Shown here piece after piece: positions 23,101 through 34,066 of a stretch of DNA of 64,000 nt (within the stretch, counting starts at the first letter, position 1; the number at the start of each line of letters is the position of its first letter). The notes under the pieces were generated by a model that made no database searches, was not told the DNA's origin, and was given only the letters and a program-made list of their open reading frames with translations. The DNA comes from Antedon mediterranea (taxonomy: Eukaryota; Animalia; Echinodermata): the NCBI RefSeq assembly GCF_964355755.1, contig NC_092674.1, positions 3,472,001 through 3,536,000 on the forward strand, read 5' to 3'. The translations under genes were made by a program, and so were the position numbers.

Positions 23101-26100
23101 GATTACTTGCGCAATTTAATACGTTGCTTGCGCAATTTGAAACACATGTTTCAATTCAAATTGCGCAAGGATTTTTTTTGCGCAATTTCAAATTGCGCAA
23201 ATCGTTCAAATCGCGCATAACATTAACACAACTGAGACTCGCTTTCACCGGCCGCCGCCGAGAGATGTAAACACGTGTTTTGTTACTGCCATGTCTCTCT
23301 TTCGATCTCTAGTATTTGGCTGTTGTCTAAAATGTAGTAACTTGTATATTGTAAATAAAGTAAATGATTGATTGTATTATTTTTCTTGTAAAAATGTTAT
23401 GTGTATTAAAAATAAATATCGATGATATTATTATTTTCAATATCACACTGAATTAATCGACTCTATCGGTGGGATTTACTCTTTCGTCGGTAACATACGC
23501 ACGTCATCAAATGATTTCTAGGCGCAATTCAATGCTAGCTGCTTTGATCGTATAATACATTCAAGAAGGCTACGATCGTTTTCCTATTTGCTAGTGCGCT
23601 AAAGTCTTATTTCACTTAACTTAAGGTACATTTGTACATCGGTGCTAGAATGTTTTAGGCCCTACTTCGTGAGAAAGTCGAGTGACAAGGGATGTCACAT
23701 GGTATTGTGATATCAGTACTGCGATACTGTATGTCACATGGTGCTTTCACCGGCCGCCGCCGAGAGTGTAAGCACGTGTTTTGTTACTGCCATGTCTCTC
23801 TTTCGAATGTTTTCCTATTTCCTAGTGCGCTATGAAGTCTTATTTCCGGGCAACTAGAGGTGTCTTACTAATGAGTAGGCCTATTGTTTGATTTCATCGG
23901 GATTTGCCGCCGATGTTTGTATTTGAACGCAAAAAAATGTTTTTTTATCGCATATGTTTACCCGCCGGCGGAAAAAAAAGTAGGCTACGATCGTTTTAAT
24001 GTTTGCTAACGCGCTATGCGGTGTCGTTTCCGGCTAACTACCAGTGGTGGCGCCAGCGGGGGGGCTACGGGGGCTCTAGCCCCCTCGTCGGGGAGCCTAG
24101 CCCCCCCGTCGGGGAACACGGGTACTTTTTGTCGGGGAATATAATATACAGTAAAAAACGTTCGCGTTCACTTCATATAGCTTGTTCAGCGCCTAGAAAA
24201 CCACGACGTTCCATTGACCGTGAGAGTACGTCAGAGGGCTATTATGCACTTTTATGCATTCATTTATTGCCAGCGATCTAACTTACTACTAAACATTAGC
24301 TAGGTACGCACTTGTCTGGCGGTATCCCTTTGTACGAATCGTTCAACGTTGGGTCGAGACGCGTGATATCAAGTTCCATCCAGGGACCAAAATGTGTAAT
24401 GTAGTTATTTTCCAGGCGAAGTTTACCGACGGTTACCGAAGGGAACACGGGTAGACCCTACTTTTTGTCGGGGAATATAATATACAGTAAAAAGCGTTCG
24501 CGTTTACTTCGTAGCTAGCTTCAGCGCCTAGAAAACCGCGACGTTTCATTGACCGTGAGAGTACGTCAGAGTGATATTATGCACTTTATATGCATTCATT
24601 ATTGCCAGCGATCTAACTTACTACTAAACAATAGCCAGGTTCGCACTTGTCTGGCGGTATCCCTTTGTACGAATCGTTCAACGTTGGGTCGAGACGCGTG
24701 ATATCATGTTCCATCCAGGGACCAAAATGTGTACTGTAGTTATTTTCCAGGCGAAGTTTACTGACGGTTACGTCGTGTACTGCGTCGACGTACGCTACAC
24801 TACAGCAAAAACGAATTATGTTAATTGTTCGTATGTTCACCAATTTTTTAATTTACAAGTAACCTTCTGTACCGTGGGGCACCTAAAATAAATTTTTCAT
24901 CCATTACTAAACAAAAAAACATGCCATTTTCGCTTAGCCAACATCTTATTATAGCTAAGTTATTACATTTTCAATGTCCTGTATGTCATGAATTTCTCAC
25001 CACTCGGAAGTCCAGATGGTACGCACGCATACACTTGGAAGGAATAAACTTATTTCCCCGACTGAAAAAGGTCTACGCTTGCGTTTTTTAAGCCTCTAGG
25101 CCTGATGTTTCCGAAGTATTTTTTGAAGACCTGCAGCTCTAGTTTTAAACAGTTTCTTAGCTCAGCCCCAACAATAAAGCTGGTCATATTTCGAAGTACA
25201 AGAAGTGCATTTTCCGGGCTAACATCTCTATTTTTCAAACATTTCTTAGCTCAGACACAACCTTGATAGGGACTTATATATTTTGTTTCATGTTTTGAAG
25301 TATAATAAGTCCAATTTCCGGGACCTTTTATTTTTTAAATTGAAAAATATGGATTGAAACAGTCATCGCGCATCGTTTTTTTGCACGCAGTATTTTATTT
25401 ATGCATTATAAAAAAATGGAAAAAATGGCTACCCTAAATCTGATTAAAATGACCTCAAATGACGCTAGAACGCGTTGCTTCCGGGGGCGAAGCCCCCTGG
25501 ACCCCCACCGGGGGCCCTTGGCGGCCCCCTGGCCCCCAGCCTAGTGATGCTCGCATAGCCCCCTCGTCGGGGAATGTAGCCCCCGCGTCGGGAAGATCCT
25601 GGCGCCACCCCTGCTAACTACAGTTGCCTACTGATGAGTAGGCATATTTTTTTTTCATATATCGCGTACAGTATGTTTACCTGCGGAAAAGTAGGCTCAA
25701 TCGGGCTGTTTGCTAGCGCGCTATGAAGTGTCCTTTCCGGCCAACTACAGAGTTGTCCTACTGATGAGTAGGCATTTTTTATTTCATCGGGGAATTCCCC
25801 TTGACGTTCGTAATGAACGCAGAAAATGTTTCTTATCGCGTATGTTTACCGGCGGAAAAAGCAGGCTACGATCGTGCGGTTTGCTAGCGCGCTATGAAGT
25901 GTCTTTCCGGCCAACTACAGAGAGTTGTCCTACTCATGAGTAGGCCTAGTTTTATTTCATCGGGGAATTCCCCTTGACGTTCGTATTGAACGCAAAAACA
26001 TTTTTTTATCGCGTATGTTTACTGGCGGAAAACGTATGCTACGATGGTTTTACTGTTTGCTAGTGCGCTATAAAGTTTCGTTTCCGGCCAACTAGAGTTG

Positions 26101-28670
26101 TCCTACTGATGAGTAGGCTAATAGATTAGGCCTATTTTTTTCATTGGGGCTTCCCCCTGACGTTCGTAATGAACGCAAAAAATGTTTCTTCGCGTATGTT
26201 TACCGGCGGAAAAAGTAGGCTACGATCGTTTTGTTGTTTGCTAGCGCGCTATAAGTGTTATTTCCGGCCAAACCAGAGGTGTCATTCAACATAAATGTTA
26301 TGTGCGAGAGTACCATTTCCGGCCATCTAGGGTGTAAATTACCCAAAATCGCTTCGCCACAGCCCCAACCATGGTGGGGCTGTGACTCAAGTACTTAGTG
26401 TCGGAATTCCCCCTCCCCCCTCGGGGGGGGGGGGGGCGGCCCCAAGCGTGACGCTTGATTTGAATCCTGGGGAGAACACTGTATATGTACATATTCTCTG
26501 TTAAGGGGCATGAAACTGAGCAGCCACAGATAAACTCATTGATCTCCAGAGCTCGGCATACTATGTACATATTCTCTGTTAAGGGGCATGGAACTGATTG
26601 TGTCGCAGCCACAGATAAACTCATTGATCTCCAGAGCTCGGCATACTATGTACATATTCTCTGTTAAGGGGCATGGAACTGATTGTGTCGCAGCCACAGA
26701 TAAACTCATTGATCTCCAGAGCTCGGCATACTATGTACATATTCTCTGTTAAGGGGCATGGAACTGATTGTGTCGCAGCCACAGATAAACTCATTGATCT
26801 CTAGAGCTCGGCATACTATGTACATATTCTCTGTTAAGGGGCATGGAACTGATCGTGTCGCAGCCACAGGTAAACTCATTGATCTTCAGAGCAGTCTCGG
26901 CATACTATGTACATATTCTCTGTTAAGGGGCATGGAACTGATCGTGTCAGAGTCACAGATAAACCCTTTGATCTCCGGAGCTCAGCATACTATGTACATA
27001 TTCTCTGTTAAGGGAGGGGAAGGGGGAACTGATTGTGTCACAGCCACAGATAAAGCCATTGATCTCCGGAGCTCAATATCCTGTTGTCAGATTGCCTTGG
27101 TTAAACTGTTGACTTGCATAGTTTTTGAAATACAAATAATATACCTCCTGCTTGGTTGCAAATCTTCTCCATACTCTCTACCTTTGATAACACGTTGTCT
27201 AATTGATTCTGCACTTTTTCCATATCCATAATGTACTGCTTCAGATACGCATTCGTATATTTCACCTGAAAAGGTATGGAACTCAATAAGCATAAATAAC
27301 AAATGTTACTGTAAAAACACATGGTTATCCCGGTTTTGATTAAGTAGATATTATTACTGTTGTTTTCAGTCATTATTTTGACTATTAGAAACCATTTTTT
27401 TTTATTGTTGACCACACCCCACTACGCCCTCTAACACTATTGAGTAAAATTATGACTATTTTGTGTACATTTTGAATCTTGATTTGAAGTTGTTGTATTT
27501 CATCATCTAACAACTGTTCTTCGCTTTCTGTGTAATTATTTTCTTGATTGACCTAGTTAGAAAAAAAAATGCAGCAGATTATTCACCAAGAAAAAAACAT
27601 CAGTTAAATGAACATTGTTTTGTTGAATATCCTATTTTTATGTCACATAATACTGTAGTAGTTTTTTGACAAATGATAAAAAAATCATTTAAAGCACCTA
27701 AAAAAAATTGTAATTTAAAGCAAAAAATAGTCAGATTGTCTGTCAGAAAATGTTTTTTTTGGTTCAATTTAACCATTATTTTTTTCATTCTGGATGTGAA
27801 ATTATTATTTTGGTTTTCTTTTATAATATGGAAGGAAAAAACTAAATAAATCAGTAAAATTGCGTAATGCCTATCAAAGTCTAATTTTAATAATCAATTT
27901 TCAAACATAAATGTTATTTAATAATGTCTTACCACATCACAAGTCTGTATCATCTTGCTAGGAATATGGAAGATGTTCTTCATCAGGTACCTTTCAAGTT
28001 TATCACATGCTCTGTCAAAACGAACGCGAAAATGGGATAGAAGTTTCTGAGAACCCTAAAGGAAAAAAAGTTAATTTAATTACTCATTTTTTGTTATTTA
28101 ATATTAATTTTTTCACTTTATAAATTAACTAAAAGTGGAATTTTTATATATATGTATTGTGATCTTACCTCACGCACAATTTCTTTAGACACTCCATCTT
28201 TTTCAAACTGCAATACAATAAAAAAAACAATAGTTGGTTCACATAATAATATTATAATAGTTGGCAATGTGTTTTGATTGGTTTTTTAGCAGATAACTTT
28301 TGACCAATCAGATGGCAGTATACTTACTTCAGATACCAAGTATTTCTCTAGTAGTTCAATGCCATCTCGAAGATATTCAAATATTGCATTATACACTAAA
28401 ATAAAAGAAAAATGATTTATGATGAGTTTATTCATGGAGATTCTTTACTCCAATGTTTATTTGAAGTAGTTTTGAGCAGTAAATTTATAATCGGATGTAA
28501 ATATGTTCGAACATGGGCTTTTGGTATAGTGTACCTCCATCAACAAATGATTTTGGTGTAAATCCAAAAAACTGTGTCTCGTATTCGTTTTTATCGTCAA
28601 CTTGAAGAACACCGCTCTCTTGCCGCATGGACATCCGACTGCCACTGGTACTGCTTTGATCAACACTCAT
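17154..28670 (-). CDS. MIS12: Kinetochore protein MIS12 homolog. Exons 28670-28535, 28395-28328, 28207-28169, 28055-27933, 27552-27469, 27265-27145, 21822-21722, probable last exon 17198-17154
   Basis: YETQFFGFTPKSFVDGVYNA is the Mis12 N-terminal signature; DKLERYLMKNIFHIP; coiled-coil C-terminal half; VSDMKESIIF resembles vertebrate TSDFRESL. The last exon is less certain. Confidence 0.85.
17321..21420 (+). mobile_element. Full-length RTE-clade non-LTR retrotransposon (LINE)
   Basis: 13-bp TSD AATCCTGTCTCCA (17308-17320 and 21421-21433), long structured 5' UTR, single EN-RT reading frame, very short 3' UTR ending in an A-rich tail. Confidence 0.93.
17979..21371 (+). pseudogene. RTE ORF (APE endonuclease + reverse transcriptase + C-terminal zinc finger) interrupted by one in-frame TGA at 20334-20336
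   Basis: ASWNVRT, ALQETR, LLGDFNARVG, DTDH (EN); KAPGKDGI, QCGFR, FIDLTKAFD, GVKQGC, LLFADD, YLGS (RT); CPKCDKSC...SHSRRC. ORFs 17979 and 20385 are in the same frame. The true start codon is uncertain. Confidence 0.92.
22428..23229. mobile_element. Foldback/MITE with TTGCGCAA-rich modular inverted arms
   Basis: GTGTTAATGTTATGCGCGATTTGAACGATTTGCGCAATTTGAAATTGCGC mirrored at 23180-23229; TSD not clear. Confidence 0.75.
24042..25613. mobile_element. Non-autonomous hAT element with an 8-bp TSD
   Basis: TIR CAGTGGTGGCGCCAG / CTGGCGCCACCCCTG; TSD CTAACTAC at 24034-24041 and 25614-25621; internal ~330-bp tandem duplication (about 24112-24438 vs 24440-24770). Confidence 0.88.
25614..26275. repeat. 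~170-180-bp tandem repeat internal to the 22185-26481 element (another unit near 23810-24040)
   Basis: Recurring TTTGCTAGCGCGCTATGAAGTG...TTTCCGGCCAACTAC...CCTACTGATGAGTAGGC...GACGTTCGTAATGAACGC. Confidence 0.8.
26484..27073. repeat. 85-bp minisatellite, about 7 copies
   Basis: CTATGTACATATTCTCTGTTAAGGGGCATGGAACTG recurs at 26561, 26646, 26731, 26816. Confidence 0.93.
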
Positions 28671-29604
28671 GCTCAGTCTAATCGAAAATTAAAAGAATGT
28701 TGATACTGTATAAAACTTTGTTTAAATCTTTTTAAATTACTGATAATGAAATTGAAGGTAACTTTTAAAACTTCCATTTCAAGTGATTTATGTTAAAACC
28801 GAAATGTAGGCCTCTCATTAAGGGATTAGCCTGGCAAGTTATTCTTTGCCTACTTCCTGCTGCTAGCCTGGCTTCGCAACACCCGACAAACAATAAATAA
28901 GTCCGGCAAAGCCAGTCCGGTCTGCGGGTCATTTCATGATCAGCAGCTAGCAGGAGGGCCTGGGAATTCATCGAATAAGATTTAAGAACTTCCTATTTCA
29001 AATTGGCTGAAACAATTTTCGGATAAATGATCCGATTCAATATCAGTTATCTATTGTTTAAACTACGTGATCTAAGATAAAAATAAAATATATTCGCAAA
29101 AAAACACAATTTTATAAACCTTGATGTGGCTAGTCACAAAAAGTTACCGCCGTTTTTGCGTTTTGATTTTCATAATAATAAACACTGCTCTCAACGGTGT
29201 TGATTTGACTAAGCTACTCAATTCCCAATTGTCGATCGATAATATTTTGATCAATTGGAGTGATTATTCGATCATCTATATAACAGATAAATAACATATT
29301 TCCGAAATAATATAGTTATGGTAACAACAAGGTAAACAATTATTTATTTAATTCGATCATTTAGTGTCATTCAGACCTAAGTAATTTTCATTTTGTTCTT
29401 GATGGGCGCAGCCATATTTGTTTTGATATGCGTACTCTGGGAAGGTGGATCCATTAAAACTATAAAATGAGTTGCCATTAACCTATACAAACCGAGTCAT
29501 ACCGCAAAATTGATGTAGTTGATTACATTTTTTATAGGCCTATGCTCTTTTTTATATTAGAGACGGAGAGAAGGGGAGCGAGAGACCTTTTAATTTTCAG
29601 AAGA

Positions 29605-32051
29605 ATGTTTGAATGCCAAGAATTCGAAGATGCTTGTAAAGAATTAGACAACCCAATAGTAGAAGACTATGAGTTTTTTGTCGAAGCAATGGATGTAACG
29701 ATATATCGAAAATACAGAGAGGTTAGCGATCATTTTGGATGTTGTTCTGTGTAGGCCTAGCTAGGCTAGGCCTACTCTAGTCTCTACTCCTCTACTCAGA
29801 CTGTCAGTAGTGTCAGGATCATTTTCAGCTGGACACAAGCAGCCCATTTTTAGGTCGAAACGTCCCACTTTTGATATACATTTATTGGTAGCAACTTTTT
29901 TTTTATAGACTAGTAATTTGCCATTCATAAATAATTAATTGTTTTTAAATATGTAAATCTTATTAATATTAATATATTGCATGCTTTTATTTTATGTCTT
30001 TTTCAGTCATCTGGACTTTACGAATACAAGATATTCGGTGTACTTGAAGGTATCTCGCCAGACATATGTGCAAAAGTTTATACTGATTTGGAGTATAGAA
30101 AACAATGGGATACTTATGCTAAAGGTACACTCACTTGATAGACGTCGTCATGGTACTGAGATTGTCTTGTTTTGCAATACTGTACACTTGTCATATTCGA
30201 GTGGATCGTTGAGTAGTTTTTCCATTAAGTACTTATTTAACGGAGTATTTTGAGCGTTGAGATTGTTTTCTTTGTCAACGTTTTCTATTCGAATGACTTT
30301 CTGTTGAGCACAAATTTACAATTCGAATACAAAAAGTACTCAACGAATCTTTACGTTGACAACGAAAGTTCCCAAGCAAATACGACAATTGTGTGTTCAA
30401 CTATATGATGGTTTTCAATATGATTTCTGTGATTTTTTTTTCTTTGATTCACACATTTTACACATTTTTTAATGTATTTTTATTTTTGAACTGTTTGTTA
30501 TAATTTTTTTTTTCCTCTATTTTATTTATTTCAGAATTACATGAATTTAACGAGAAAGAAAAGACAGGCATTTATTGGAATGTCAATTTTCCATTTCCAA
30601 TGTCTAATAGAGATGTATCCTTTTTATAATTTTTAATTTAAAACAAATAAAACATTTTCAGAATACATGAGTTATTTTTATCCAGGGATGCTTCAATGAT
30701 GTTGATGTACAGTATGACCTTTGACATAAGTTTTTTTTTTTAGTTTAACTTATGAAGTTAAAAATGAACATTGTACAGTATTAGTAATTACATAATTTGT
30801 TCTTAACACTTAACTCAGTATGTATTTGTGCGAGAAATGAAAGAGTTTGATTTAGATGATGGGCGGCACGTCTGGGTGGTTCTGGGTAAAAGTTCGCTCT
30901 TTGAGAGTATACCAACAAAATCACGAACAATCAGAGTAGACGACTTCCAACAATCTATGACGATGACAACAGACGGCGGTTCAGGCACAAAAGGTATTTT
31001 ATATTATTTTTATAATTAGATTTTTGTGATATTGTTTATTTTTTGCAGTTTTTCATTGTGAATACACACTAGTAAAGTCAGTCATGTTTGTGGTACATCA
31101 TGTGTTTACAATAGGAAACTAGGAGGGCACTAAGAGAGCTGCCTACAGCTATTAAACCATCCTTTAAAATCTTGTGAAAATTGGGCAATAACTTTTTGAG
31201 TAATCCTGCTATTACTAACTAACAAAATATAGACAGAAACAAACACGACCTCTTGGAATTCTGGTTGAGGTAAAAATAAAGTACATATTATAAGGAAATT
31301 CTCAGCGTTTCTCAACCATTTGGTTCTTGCAGTATGTATTTCACCTTTTTCAATAATTCTTTTTGGTTTTTAGATATAAACAGCTTTTTATAAAGGTTTA
31401 TTATTATTTATTTATATAAATGGCATTTCTATAATCAATTACTAATATTCTGGGTGATTGTTTCATTTATTTTAGCTTTCATGCATTATTATGACAACCC
31501 AAAAGGCATGTTACCGACATGGTTAATAAACTGGGCAGCTAAGGTAAACTTATCTTATTTATATTGTTCATTCAAGGTTTCATATTGAGTAAGAAATAGA
31601 CAACCATAGTCAGAGAAAATAATTACAACGCTTAAGCTCTGTCTACACTATCAAACTAGTTTGACAAACATATGCCCATCAAACTAGTTTGACAAATACA
31701 TGCCCAAATATGGTAGTGGTATGACATCATGTTTATATATGGGCACATATTTTTTTGTCACATAATGTTTGATAGTGTGGACAGAGCTTAAGTTTGTCAC
31801 ATAATGTTTGATAGTGTGGACAGAGCTTAAGAGCCAATAGAAAATTGTGTTGGCTCTAATATCAAGTAAATTAACTAATTAAAATAAATTAACATCTAAA
31901 AATTAAATTAATATTTATGTTACGTATATATTTCCTACAGACTGGTGTTCCAAATTTCATTGCCGATATGAAGAAACACTGTGAAAAATATCCAGCTTAT
32001 TTAGAAAAGAAACGAGAGAAAGAAGAGAAGATTGAAAAGGGAAAGAAATAA
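29605..32051 (+). CDS. PCTP: Phosphatidylcholine transfer protein (START domain). Exons 29605-29721, 30007-30124, 30535-30614, 30819-30993, 31476-31543, 31941-32051
   Basis: FEDACKELDNP, SGLYEYKIFG, DLEYRKQWD, YWNVNFPFPMSNRDYVFVRE, YYDNPKGMLPTWLINWAAKTGVP match STARD2/PCTP. Confidence 0.92.
30615..30818 (+). other. U12-type (minor spliceosome) GT-AG intron in PCTP
   Basis: 5' site GTATCCTTTT; branch-like TTCTTAAC about 12-19 nt before the AG; no polypyrimidine tract. Confidence 0.85.
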
Positions 32052-32371
32052 AATGAAAAACAGGAGAGAAAAAAATAGAAAAAGATGAAGAATTGATAGA
32101 GAGGTCGTAAGTTGTAACTGAATTAACTATTTCAAAAAGCAATAAGTTATTTGAGCACTGAGCAGCTAATATTTAAGTAATGATAATATTTATAAATGCT
32201 ATGCATTATAAGACTATTTGTAAGTAAAGCTAATTTTAAGATTGCTGAGGTGCTGGGTTTTCAGTCCATTCATTTTTTCAGTCTAGGATTTAGATTGATT
32301 TTTAATATTAAACTATGGGATTCTCTTTAAATACATTTTTACCCAAAAAAATGGTTTGGTATTTTTATATA

Positions 32372-32612
32372 CCGTATCCTCGGGTATAAATTCCCACTTC
32401 AGGTCTAATCCCACCCTACTTTATGTCTGATTTCACAAACAGGATATCCCGTTTGGTATAATTGTCCAGTATTGACTTTTGGTATGGATGTAGGCCTCTC
32501 TTTAGCCAGATGAGTTTTTACAAGAAATGCTTACCAATCATTTTTTTTTCTGAACCAGCGTTGGCCCAATTTCGTGTTCTAGGTGGGTGGGATTATACCA
32601 AAGGATATACGG
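32372..32612. mobile_element. TA-flanked Tc1/mariner(pogo)-type MITE
   Basis: TA|CCGTATCCTCGGGTATAAATTCCCAC ... GTGGGATTATACCAAAGGATATACGG|TA, imperfect TIRs. Confidence 0.6.
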
Positions 32613-33051
32613 TATATGTTGAATAAAATACAGGTGGTGTATTATTTAAAATGATACACCTGGACAAACCAATAATCAATTTTACCGAAGTTTAATAGCC
32701 AGGCAAGTCTTGTGTACTCAGCACAGTGCCATTCTATTATGGTTTTGTAATGGACTTATATATTTGTAAGTTCTATTATATTATACTTGAACTGTGTGGT
32801 ATCTAGCTTCCGTATGTTAAGTACTCTATTGACAGTTTAGGTTAGGCCGTGATAAACGATACTTTCTCTAAATTCAGGTCCATTATCTCTAATTCAGGTA
32901 TATTTTCATAGAATAATAGTCATATGCTGTATTTGTGCAATATTTTCACATAATAGATATTAAAAAAATATTTTTATAGTCTTCTATTATATAATTTAAA
33001 ATAGTTGAGATGCTTTTTTTTTAGCTTGGTGCTGTTAATGTTATTACTATA

Positions 33052-33287
33052 AAGCGTGGTTCCCACTAGAACGCAACGGCATAGCGACTCAAAGTGCTGT
33101 ATTGCGTAGTCACAAGTGGGAATCATCGACGCAGCAGTGCTGCAAAAATCGCTACGGGAAATCAAATCAGTAGGAAATCACATAGTACAGAGCGTAGCCA
33201 AGTACGTGGGTTGAACCATGTCAACGGCAACGTTGATGCGCAACAAGCAGGTTTGATTTTACGTTGCGTCATTGGGTAACCACGCTT
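33052..33287. mobile_element. MITE (TGGTTCCCACTAG family)
   Basis: AAGCGTGGTTCCCACTAGAACGCAACG ... CGTTGCGTCATTGGGTAACCACGCTT. Confidence 0.7.
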
Positions 33288-34066
33288 AAACTTGTACTAC
33301 TGTTTTTAAGTTTGATAGAATAGAGGCTTAAAGCACAATGGTATCATGACCAAAGTATGGGAAATTGTCGCTTTATAGGACCTTAAAGCATTTCTGTACT
33401 CTTGTAAAATTAATAAATTTACATTACTAATTAAATCGAGTCGGATTTAAGATTATATGTAATGTCTGACAGTTTTAGTTCAATTCCCTTCAATTTTTAA
33501 TTCTCTGCACCTTTGTACTAGTAGTTCATCAGAACACTACTGACACCCAGTTTGGTAGTTACCGAAAACAATACTAGATATATAATACAGTATTTATAAA
33601 TACTGTATATATTATTATAATTACTACTTTCCAATCACAAACATAAAAACACATTGTTTCCAATTTTCCATAAAGCATTTTAATAAACTATGGAACATAG
33701 GACACTGCTAAAGATATACTTTCCCCTGAAAAAAAAACATGTTTAAAATTTTTGTTGAATAAGCAATTCACCTGAAAATAAATAGTCAAATTTTCTAAGT
33801 TTTTGGATAAATTTAACCTTTTTTTTTTTTATCAGTGAAATACAGTAATTATGTTTGTGGTGTTTTTTCTACAGAAGTTAATAACTTGATTAAAACTGCA
33901 ATGGCCTATTCAGAGACTGATTATACCCATCTTTATTTTTCATGTTTTTGAGGGACAATACATCTTTAATATCGCAGTATTCAATTGATCATAATAAATA
34001 GCTGAGAACAGTACTGTCTGATCAAATTTTAAAATAAATTAAATAAAATACTTGAACTAAAACTTC

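Larger units (their letters stand above)
22185..26481. mobile_element. Large non-autonomous TIR element (hAT-like ends) hosting nested insertions
   Basis: Perfect 16-bp TIR CAGTGTTCTCCCCAGG / CCTGGGGAGAACACTG, subterminal CGTGACGC repeats, flanking TATAT on both sides, no transposase ORF. Confidence 0.75.

Noticed and set aside
22291-23270. ORFs with repeated LRNFKLRK peptides
   Set aside because: Translations of the foldback element's TTGCGCAA subrepeats
25625-26135. Repeated CTGATGAG motifs resembling hammerhead cores in the ~175-bp tandem array
   Set aside because: CTGATGA sits in the loop of a CCTAC/GTAGG hairpin; there is no following stem II + GAAA + stem III/UH arrangement
26484-27073. 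Regular repeats suggestive of a CRISPR array, and ORFs 26298-26624 and 26758-27231
   Set aside because: Contiguous 85-bp units with no unique spacers, eukaryotic intron context and no cas genes; the ORFs are repeat artefacts
34003-34022. GAACAGTACTGTCTG, similar to the 3' half of the hammerhead at 57790
   Set aside because: No CUGANGA core or stem II upstream; CAGTACTG is a common word in this genome
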